NCBI GenBank assembly: GCA_050952065.1
Contig: JBMNKF010000003.1
Location: forward strand, 28,985 to 92,984
From: Bacillota bacterium
GTDB lineage: Bacteria > Bacillota > Sulfobacillia > Fermentithermobacillales > Fermentithermobacillaceae
Direction: 5' to 3'
Length of the DNA stretch: 64,000 nucleotides
Position numbers and translations under genes: made by a program. How positions within the stretch are numbered: the first letter of the stretch is position 1; every line of letters begins with the position of its first letter. This document shows, piece after piece, positions 1 to 7,556 of the stretch. The notes below the pieces were generated by a model. It saw only the letters and a program-made list of their open reading frames with translations, searched no databases and was not told where the DNA came from.

Positions 1-1154
1 CCAGGCTTGCCCGACTGATCTGGTTCGACTGACTGGCCGTGCTGGCCTGATTGACCGGGCTTATTCGACTGGTCGGGGGAGGTAGTTCCGCCGGATTGGC
101 CAGGTTCCTGCCGGGGGCTCTGTCCCGATTTCTGTCCGTGCACGGAGGACCCATCGGTTTGATTTCGCTCGCCGTCGCGCTGATTATGGTGATCCCATTC
201 ATCAGACCACTCTGACCAACCGGGGCGATTGGAATAGCCGGGCTGACCGGATTCGCCCGGTTGATTTGATTCCCCGGGCTGATTGAAATTACCTGGCTGA
301 TGCGACCCGCTCCCATTTTGTGGGCTGCCATCAGGGGGCCCCTGATGGCCTGGTTGGATGCCTTCTTGTGGCTCTATCTCGGGACCGCTTTTCTCAGAAT
401 CACCAAGTATCCCTTTGATTGGCGCCAGAGGATCTTGCCCACGGCCCGAAAGCGCCCAAGAAGCCGCTCGGCCTGCGGATATCCCGAGCGTCTTGGCGAT
501 CTCCCGCGTCTCCATATCCAAAGTCAGGTACATCACGTTGAGCGCCTTCTTGGCCTGCCCCGGAGGGGCGGGTTGGCCCTTCTCGGCCTTCTTAGCTATC
601 TTGTCTATAGCACGTGTGACTTTTTCCTCCAAAGCCTGCATCTTAGAATGGCTCGACTTGCTTGGTTTGTTGGAGATGGGCACAAAGGAGATCACAAGGT
701 CTGTGGATGGCTCTTCGTCGTTAGTATTGGATGTGCTTTGGGCTTCTGCCAGAATTCTCGTCACTTCTTGAGCAGGTTTCATATGGTATTTGACCTGTTC
801 TAGTAGTTGCTTTCCATCTTCATCCAACGGAGTTGCGGACTTGACCAAGCCTTTGTCGTTAACCAGGAGTTCTATGCTTCCCAAAGAATCGATGGTTACA
901 TAAGCCAAGGCGGGCCGCGCCTGGAGGTATCCGTGGTATCCAAAGAACGAGCAACAGACGAGCACTGCGGAAAGAACCATTGCGGGTACGACCTTGCGGA
1001 ACAATGCGCTTTTCATCCCGCGAGGTGGAAGCAGGATAGTAGACCCAGGCAGCACCGAATCGTCACGAGTCTTCATGGTCAAGAACTCGCCCGACGGTGT
1101 CAGCAGGGTGACTCTGTTGCCGTCCTTGTGAAGAACCAACCCTCTATTGTCCAT
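1..1154 (-). CDS. rsgI: anti-sigma-I factor RsgI (partial; continues past the window start)
   Basis: Minus-strand frame is open from the ATG at 1154 (1 nt after the sigI stop) to position 1. The N-terminus MDNRGLVLHKDGNRVTLLTPSGEFLTMK matches the RsgI_N anti-sigma domain. One predicted TM segment is followed by a long Q/P/G-rich low-complexity linker (QPGESNQPGESGQPG...). It is absent from the ORF track only because it runs off the edge. Confidence 0.6.
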   Translation of the reverse strand, partial: MDNRGLVLHKDGNRVTLLTPSGEFLTMKTRDDSVLPGSTILLPPRGMKSALFRKVVPAMVLSAVLVCCSFFGYHGYLQARPALAYVTIDSLGSIELLVNDKGLVKSATPLDEDGKQLLEQVKYHMKPAQEVTRILAEAQSTSNTNDEEPSTDLVISFVPISNKPSKSSHSKMQALEEKVTRAIDKIAKKAEKGQPAPPGQAKKALNVMYLTLDMETREIAKTLGISAGRAASWALSGRGQDPLAPIKGILGDSEKSGPEIEPQEGIQPGHQGPPDGSPQNGSGSHQPGNFNQPGESNQPGESGQPGYSNRPGWSEWSDEWDHHNQRDGERNQTDGSSVHGQKSGQSPRQEPGQSGGTTSPDQSNKPGQSGQHGQSVEPDQSGKP

Positions 1155-1155
1155 C

Positions 1156-1914
1156 TCAGTAACCACCCGTTTTCGGCAGATCAAGAAACTCCCTCAAGGT
1201 CGGAAAGTCTTTGACCAGCATCAGTGCGATTGCAGTAACGTAATCCCTTTGTCGCTCGACGGTCTTCCTTGACATCGCCAACTCTGCTGGCAAGGAGCGG
1301 AACAGATCGTCAATCGGCAGTTTCCGTTCGCGGAGAAACTTTTCTCTCAGATGGCTGTCTTGAGCAACCAAAACCGCGAGTCTCAAAGCCCTTTCCCTTG
1401 CATCCGAATGCTTGGGTGTCTTTCGTACAACATGGGCCAACGTCAGTCCGTATTCCTCCAGCGCTTCTCTCCACCGTTCCATCTCATCCCGGCGTTCCAG
1501 CGCGTTCTGCCATGATGCGGGATCGCTGTTAACCCCGACAGACAAGGCTAGCGACCTGTCGTTGTTTTGGCCAAGGGCAGAGAGCGGAGTCTCATCCCGC
1601 CTGCTCTCGCGACGAAAATAGTCTATGAGGCGGCGCCTGATAACTGTGGCGGCGAAGGCTAAGAATCCAGGCTGTGGGCTGTCGTACGCCACTATGGCCT
1701 CGTCAAACGCCTGCAACGCCACGCTCACCTCATCGTCTTGTCCAACTGTCAAGTATTTTCTAGACGCTGCAGACGCAGTCTTCAAGACAAAGGGAACGTA
1801 ATCACGGATCAGGTCATCTCGGGCCACTGTGTCTCCATCACGCGCCCGGGCCACCCGCGTTTCTATAGATTCTGTGACAATGCGTCCCATAGACGAAACC
1901 AATATACCATTCAC
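1156..1914 (-). CDS. sigI: RNA polymerase sigma factor SigI
   Basis: 252 aa with a sigma-70 region-2-like segment (DDLIRDYVPFVLKTASAASRKYL...FLAFAATVIRRRLIDYFRRE). Length and architecture are typical of SigI. It is translationally coupled to the downstream rsgI. Confidence 0.75.
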   Translation of the reverse strand: MNGILVSSMGRIVTESIETRVARARDGDTVARDDLIRDYVPFVLKTASAASRKYLTVGQDDEVSVALQAFDEAIVAYDSPQPGFLAFAATVIRRRLIDYFRRESRRDETPLSALGQNNDRSLALSVGVNSDPASWQNALERRDEMERWREALEEYGLTLAHVVRKTPKHSDARERALRLAVLVAQDSHLREKFLRERKLPIDDLFRSLPAELAMSRKTVERQRDYVTAIALMLVKDFPTLREFLDLPKTGGY

Positions 1915-2057
1915 CGGTAAGTCTCTTCTCCAGACTCAAGCCATACACCTGCTTTTACCTGCAGACCCGTTTCCTGTAGCCAAGGAGTCCCAGGCGAGAC
2001 GGCTTCGCGTGCAATCTTACATAAAGAATCGTATCGGTTCCCAGATTTCTGGGCGGT

Positions 2058-2276
2058 GGTACATCGTGCACCGTTGTTCGGGCATAGTCCGTTCCCAAAA
2101 TCAACCGCTAGAATGGGCCGTCCATGCCGAGGTACATCGTGCACCGTTGTTCGTGCATAGTCCGTTCTTAACATGCCACGCATTTCCATGTTAATTATTG
2201 CAAGGTACATCGTGCACCCTTGTTCGGACATTCATTGTTCGTGCATCGTTCGCTAATCATTGGTGCATCATCCCTC
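2058..2276. repeat. 73-bp tandem repeat, 3 copies, upstream of sigI
   Basis: The conserved 37-bp core ggtacatcgtgcaccgttgttcgKgcatagtccgttc occurs at 2058, 2131 and 2204 with an exact 73-bp period. The unit tails have diverged. Confidence 0.8.
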
Positions 2277-2364
2277 ACGTCGAAGTAGCATGGTTCCCTA
2301 ATATTTCGCGTCACTATATACTTGAGACACGAAATGCATTATGCTATGATTTATCGATGATGAT

Positions 2365-2386
2365 AAAGTATGAGAAATCATACTTT
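2365..2386. promoter_or_regulatory. perfect inverted repeat AAAGTATGA-N4-TCATACTTT in an AT-rich region upstream of the AbrB-like gene
   Basis: Seen directly in the sequence. It sits in the divergent intergenic region between sigI and the AbrB-like gene. Its role as an operator is inferred. Confidence 0.35.
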
Positions 2387-2486
2387 ATCCCGGCAACTAT
2401 CGGCAGGTGTTGTATAGTCACGTAGAAGATATTCAGTATGTCAAGGATCCGTTGTCAGGCGCAAGTCAAGGGAAGGGGGGGAATCC

Positions 2487-2795
2487 TTGAGTCATATACT
2501 CAGAGGGAAATTCTGCGGTGCGGCGACCGTTGGAGAAAGAGGACAGATCGTCATACCGGCTGAGGCGAGAAAAGAGTACGGGCTCGAAATCGGTGATAAG
2601 GTCATGGTGTTCTTGGGGCATCATGGAAACTCCCTGGTTATCTTGAAGGCATCTCAAGTGACTCGGATGTTGTCGGAAACCATAGAGCAGTTGGGGAGAA
2701 TCATGGAGGAGTCAGCCAAGGAGCCATCTGGAAAATCAGACCGACAACCGTCGGGCGAATCAACCAAACAGCCAACTAGAAAACCGTCCGCTTAA
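2487..2795 (+). CDS. AbrB/MazE/SpoVT-family DNA-binding protein (transition-state-regulator-like)
   Basis: The N-terminal swapped-hairpin motif ERGQIVIPAEARKEYGLEIGDKV is present. A TTG start is preceded by a GGGGGG ribosome-binding site. Confidence 0.65.
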   Translation: MSHILRGKFCGAATVGERGQIVIPAEARKEYGLEIGDKVMVFLGHHGNSLVILKASQVTRMLSETIEQLGRIMEESAKEPSGKSDRQPSGESTKQPTRKPSA

Positions 2796-2830
2796 CAATT
2801 CACCATCAGGCAGGAGGAGGCATTGAGGAT

Positions 2831-4606
2831 TTGGCTATTTTACGCAGGCTAACAGGCTTCGCCAAGCCGTATTGGAAGGTTTATGTAGGCATCTTTGTAA
2901 TTGTTGTCGCTATGACCGGGCTTGGTCTGCTGCAGCCTATGGTAACGCGGTGGCTGGTGGACGATGTGCTCGTCAACGGCCGCTGGGACATGCTGCTCTG
3001 GGGAGCTTTAGCCTTTGTGGGACTTTCTGTGGTAGGTGCCGTTCTTGCCTATATCCAAAGGTATGGTATGGCTTGGGCGGGTCAGCGGATAATCTACGAG
3101 ATCCGTAACCGCCTTTACGAGCATCTACAACAGTTGTCATTCAGTTTCTACGACGAGGCTCAAACCGGGCAACTCATGAGTCGGGTCACCGCAGATGTTG
3201 AACATACCCGAATGTTCCTTTCACACCAGCTCGTCCAGATCGTTGCAGCCACAGTGAGGTTCGTATCCACCATGGCTCTGATGCTGAGTCTCAACTGGCA
3301 GCTGACTTTGGTGGCCCTGATTCCCGTACCCATCCTTATATGGCGGGTGCAGATCTACGCGACCATCATAAGGCCGCGATACTGGTCCATCCAGCAACTG
3401 CTGGGCGTCATGACCGCCACTCTTCAGGAAAACATTACGGGGCAGCGCGTGGTCAAGTCGTTCGCTCGGAAGAAGCATGAGATGGAGAAATTCGAGCGCG
3501 ACAATATGGCGTACCTTAACAAGAACGTTGAAACAGTCCGGGCCTCTGCCTTTAACCAGTCACTAATGACTATGTTGACCGAAGCGTGTCTGGGTCTGGT
3601 GTTTTTCTGGGGAGGTCGTCAGGCCATCCGAGGCGAGCTTTCTGTAGGGACTCTCATCGCGTTCAACCAGCTGATCCTTCAGACTGTCCAGCAAGTGAGG
3701 ATGCTGGGGATGTGGGTTAGCGGCGCACAGAGGGCTATTGCGGCAGGGGAGAGGATTTACGAAATTCTAGACACCGAGGCAGCCGTCAAGGATAAGCCAG
3801 GAGCCAAAGCCATTGACACCGTTCGAGGCCACGTTGTCTTCGAAAACGTCGGTTTTGCGTACGATGGCGAGAACACGGTACTTGAGGATATCAACCTGAA
3901 TGTCAAACCCGGCGAAACGATAGCGATCTTGGGAGGCACTGGTTCAGGCAAATCAACTCTGATCAACCTGTTGCCAAGGTTCTATGACGTCACTAAAGGC
4001 AGGATTCTCCTTGACGGTCACGACATTCGCGATATCACACTGGAGAGTCTGCGTCGTCAGATCGGAGTAGTTACGCAAGAGACTTTCTTGTTCTCGGCGT
4101 CGCTCCGGGACAATATCGCCTATGGACGTCCTGATGCCACCGACGCCGAGATCATAGCCGCCGCAGAAGCAGCTCACATCGACGAATTCATCGATAGTCT
4201 GCCTAACGGGTACAACACAGTCATTGGCGAACGAGGAGTGGGGCTATCAGGTGGTCAGAGACAGCGTGTTGCCATCGCCAGAGCTTTGCTTATGGATGCC
4301 AAGATTCTTCTATTGGACGAGTCAACTTCCAGCGTAGACGTGGAAACCGAGATGCGGATCCAGGCTGCTTTCCAAAAACTTCTTCAAAACAGAACCTCCT
4401 TCATCATCGCTCAAAGGCTTTCGACTATCAGAAACGCCGACAGGATCATCGTTCTTGATAAAGGTAGAATCGTTGAGCAAGGGACGCACCGGGAGCTACT
4501 GGAAAAGGGCGGCATATACACGGCTATCTACGACTTGCAGTTTAGGAGTCAGGAAAGAGATGAGTTCGAGCGCGAAGTTGCGCTTGCCCAAGGAGGTGGT
4601 CACTAA
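2831..4606 (+). CDS. ABC transporter permease/ATP-binding protein (type I exporter half-transporter, heterodimer subunit 1)
   Basis: Six-helix transmembrane domain plus nucleotide-binding domain: Walker A GGTGSGKST, signature LSGGQRQRV, Walker B LLLDESTS. The H-loop histidine is replaced by glutamine (IIAQRLSTI). Confidence 0.85.
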   Translation: MAILRRLTGFAKPYWKVYVGIFVIVVAMTGLGLLQPMVTRWLVDDVLVNGRWDMLLWGALAFVGLSVVGAVLAYIQRYGMAWAGQRIIYEIRNRLYEHLQQLSFSFYDEAQTGQLMSRVTADVEHTRMFLSHQLVQIVAATVRFVSTMALMLSLNWQLTLVALIPVPILIWRVQIYATIIRPRYWSIQQLLGVMTATLQENITGQRVVKSFARKKHEMEKFERDNMAYLNKNVETVRASAFNQSLMTMLTEACLGLVFFWGGRQAIRGELSVGTLIAFNQLILQTVQQVRMLGMWVSGAQRAIAAGERIYEILDTEAAVKDKPGAKAIDTVRGHVVFENVGFAYDGENTVLEDINLNVKPGETIAILGGTGSGKSTLINLLPRFYDVTKGRILLDGHDIRDITLESLRRQIGVVTQETFLFSASLRDNIAYGRPDATDAEIIAAAEAAHIDEFIDSLPNGYNTVIGERGVGLSGGQRQRVAIARALLMDAKILLLDESTSSVDVETEMRIQAAFQKLLQNRTSFIIAQRLSTIRNADRIIVLDKGRIVEQGTHRELLEKGGIYTAIYDLQFRSQERDEFEREVALAQGGGH

Positions 4607-6408
4607 TGGGTATGCATGGACCTCGCGGGTTTGATGTCGGGAACATAGACCTTAAGGACCTCAACTTCTCTCATCTCAAGAGAACCAAAGAGTTTCTGTT
4701 GCCGTTCATCAAACAGCTGCTCTTGGCGATGGCCCTGGTAGGAGCCACTGCGTATCTTGGGCTACAGGGGCCGGTCATTATCGGTAAGATAGTGGATATT
4801 GTTCCCGTGGGCGACGAACAAGGGCTATATCGGTTGGTGGCCTTGTATTTCGTCATCCAAGGCATCTTGGCTGTTCTCAGGTACAGCCAGACTTACATCA
4901 TGTCCTGGACCGGACAGCAAATGTTGTACAGCATAAGGAAGCAGGTTTTCAGTCATATGCAGGACTTGGGGTTCGACTTCTACGACAGGCTTCAGGCTGG
5001 AAGGATCATGTCAAGGGTCGTCAACGACGTTGAATCCATTAACCAACTCTTGGCGGGCGGTTCCCTGAGTCTACTGGCAGACATTGTCACCATCGGCGGA
5101 ATCATCATCATCATGATTAGGCATAACGCGAGTCTGGCAATGGTCACCTTTACAACGGTGCCGCTCTTGTTCATCACTGTGTTTTTCCTGCGATCCAAGA
5201 TGACAAGGGCTTATCACTTGACCAGACGGCGGTTGGCTGACATCACTGCAAATCTCCAGGAATCCATATCCGGAATGCGGATTACTCAGGCATTTTCCAG
5301 GGAGGACGTAAACGCCTCTAAGTTTGACGACACTAACCAGCAGAACTTCAAAGCCCAGATGGATGCGGCAAGGTTGCATGCCTTGTTCTTCCCGTTGGTC
5401 GACATAGTCGGGTCAATCGGGGTGGCGCTTGTGTGCTACTACGGAGGACTTCAGATGTCATGGGGCAGTTCCATGATCTCAGTGGGCACGCTCACCCTTT
5501 TCGTGAACTACATCAACAGGTTTTTCTGGCCAATCCGAAACCTGGTGGACATATGGAACCAGGTTCTACAGGCCGCGGTTTCAGCCGAGCGAGTTTTTGA
5601 GGTTTTGGACACTGAGCCTAATGTCCGCGACAAGCCTGATGCCCAGGTTCTCGAGACCGTTAGGGGCCATGTGGAGTTCAAGAACGTGACCTTCGGTTAC
5701 AATCCTGAGTTGCCGGTTTTGCATTCGGTCAACCTCGAGGCCAAACCGGATGAAACCATAGCACTGGTAGGACCAACTGGCGCCGGCAAGTCCTCCATCA
5801 TTAATCTACTGTGCCGGTTTTACGACGTTCAGGATGGGCAGATTTTGGTCGATGGCCATGATATTCGGGATGTGACTCTAGAGTCTCTCAGGTCAAACTT
5901 GGGAATTGTTCTTCAGGACACGGTCATTTTCTCCGGCACCATCAGGGAAAACATCCGCTACGGCAGACTGGAAGCCACTGATGAGGAAGTGGAGGAAGCC
6001 GCTAAGACCGTTGGTGCTCACGACTTTATCATGAGATTGCCGGATGGTTACGATACTCAAGTGCGAGAGAGAGGGACTCGTTTGTCTGTGGGCCAACGGC
6101 AGCTTCTGTCGTTCGCCAGGGCGCTTCTGGCTGATCCGAGGATACTGATTCTGGATGAGGCGACTTCGTCGGTTGACGCTTACACGGAGCTTCAGATCCA
6201 GAGGGCGCTGGAGAGACTGTTCAAAGGTCGGACTTCTATCGTGATCGCTCACAGGCTTTCTACTATCCGCAATGCAGACAGAATCTATGTTATCGACCTC
6301 GGCGAGATAAAGGAAGTTGGCAACCACGAGGAGCTTATCGCCGCGAACGGCTTGTATCGGTCTCTGTATGAGAAGCAGTTTGCAGGGGAGCCGGTTAAGA
6401 TCGCGTAG
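4606..6408 (+). CDS. ABC transporter permease/ATP-binding protein (heterodimer subunit 2)
   Basis: Walker A GPTGAGKSS, a degenerate signature LSVGQRQ, Walker B ILILDEATS and an intact H-loop IAHRLSTI. The ATGG start overlaps the upstream partner's stop. Confidence 0.85.
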   Translation: MGMHGPRGFDVGNIDLKDLNFSHLKRTKEFLLPFIKQLLLAMALVGATAYLGLQGPVIIGKIVDIVPVGDEQGLYRLVALYFVIQGILAVLRYSQTYIMSWTGQQMLYSIRKQVFSHMQDLGFDFYDRLQAGRIMSRVVNDVESINQLLAGGSLSLLADIVTIGGIIIIMIRHNASLAMVTFTTVPLLFITVFFLRSKMTRAYHLTRRRLADITANLQESISGMRITQAFSREDVNASKFDDTNQQNFKAQMDAARLHALFFPLVDIVGSIGVALVCYYGGLQMSWGSSMISVGTLTLFVNYINRFFWPIRNLVDIWNQVLQAAVSAERVFEVLDTEPNVRDKPDAQVLETVRGHVEFKNVTFGYNPELPVLHSVNLEAKPDETIALVGPTGAGKSSIINLLCRFYDVQDGQILVDGHDIRDVTLESLRSNLGIVLQDTVIFSGTIRENIRYGRLEATDEEVEEAAKTVGAHDFIMRLPDGYDTQVRERGTRLSVGQRQLLSFARALLADPRILILDEATSSVDAYTELQIQRALERLFKGRTSIVIAHRLSTIRNADRIYVIDLGEIKEVGNHEELIAANGLYRSLYEKQFAGEPVKIA

Positions 6409-6466
6409 CGGATTGGCGGGCGTACGGAGGCGTAGCGTGTGTAGCTCGTGTAGCTCGTTTAGCTGG

Positions 6467-6690
6467 TCACGCCAGTGTAGCGGGTTACGCCAGTGTGGCG
6501 GGTTACGCAAGCGGGTCACGCCAGTGTAGCGGGTTACGCCAGTGTGGCGGGTTGCGCTAATGTAACGGGTTACGCCAGTGTGGCGGGTTACGCCAGTGTG
6601 GCGGGTTACGCCAGTGTGGCGGGTTACGCCAGTGTGGCGGGTTACGCCAATGTAACGGGTTACGCCAGTGTGGCGGCTGAGAGGCCAGTG
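6467..6690. repeat. 18-bp tandem repeat (consensus gggttacgccagtgtggc), about 12 copies
   Basis: The period was measured directly (6603 to 6621). A few variant units have gtaacg or gtagcg substitutions. Confidence 0.85.
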
Positions 6691-6734
6691 TAGCGGGTGA
6701 AGCTTGTGAGTAGCTTTAGTAGTACAAGTAGCGG

Positions 6735-6923
6735 GTGCCGTTCGCACCCCACCTTCTTTGCAGTGCGCTGGATGCAGCGTGAGTGGTGTTTGTAGTAGGA
6801 GTAGCGGGTGTAGCGTGAATGGTGTTAGTAGTGGGAGTAGCGGTGCCGTTCGTACCCCCACCTTCTTTGCAGTACACTGGATGCAGCGTGAGTGGTGTTT
6901 GTAGTAGGAGTAATGGGTGTAGT
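6735..6923. repeat. duplicated element of about 80 bp (gtgccgttcgcaccccaccttctttgcagtgcgctggatgcagcgtgagtggtgtttgtagtaggagta) with a 108-bp period
   Basis: Two near-identical copies at 6735 and 6843. They are flanked by recurring gtagcgggtg motifs. Confidence 0.8.
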
Positions 6924-7029
6924 TAAGCGGGAGTAGCGGGTGAAGACTGTGTAGCGCGAGTACCGGCGTGCACCGAACTAAGCCGGTGTAGGGTTACGCG
7001 GGAGTAGGGACGGCTTCGGCACATTTCTT

Positions 7030-7494
7030 GTGCCGACTCCGCCGTCCCGACGCAATTGTTGCGGCGAACCAGCCATCCCGATGCAATTGTTGCGCCGACT
7101 CCGCCGTCCCGATGCGATTCTTGCGCCGAACCGGCCATCCCGACGCAATTGTTGCGCCGAACCGGCCATTCCGATGCAATTCTTGTGCCGACTCCGCCGT
7201 CCCGATGCGATTCTTGCGGCGAACCAGCCATTCCGATGCAATTCTTGCGGCGAACCGGCCATCCCGACGCAATTGTTGCGCCGAACCGGCCATCCCAGCG
7301 CAATTCTTGCGGCGAACCGGCCATCCCGACGCAATTGTTGCGCCGACTCCGCCGTCCCGATGCGATTCTTGCGCCGAACGGGCCATCCCAGCGCAATTCT
7401 TGCGGCGAACCAGCCATTCGGATGCAATTCTTGCGGCGAACCGGCCATCCCGACGCAATTCCTGCGCCGACTCCGCCACCCCGATACATTTTTC
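7030..7494. repeat. 31-bp tandem repeat array, about 15 units, two interspersed variants (cgaaccggccatcccgacgcaatt and cgactccgccgtcccgatgcgatt)
   Basis: Period of 31 confirmed from gcaatt positions 7052, 7083, 7114 and 7145. There are no unique spacers. The GC-rich unit has no stop codon in any frame, so all six frames appear open. Confidence 0.85.
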
Positions 7495-7556
7495 GCGTCG
7501 TACGGTTGCAGCGTGTTTTTCCGGCCGCCCTCTCTACTGCCGCGGAAGACTCTATT

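Noticed and set aside
300-1214. Plus-strand ORFs 300..803, 358..771 and 807..1214
   Set aside because: They are antisense to the convincing RsgI reading frame, which has the RsgI_N motif and is translationally coupled to sigI.
5893-6861. 322-aa minus-strand ORF
   Set aside because: It is antisense to the 3' end of the ABC transporter gene and runs into the tandem repeats, giving a repetitive peptide (HTGVTR x n).
7030-7494. Possible CRISPR array, given the 31-bp repeats
   Set aside because: The units are contiguous with no unique spacers of comparable length, and no cas genes are nearby. It is a simple tandem minisatellite.
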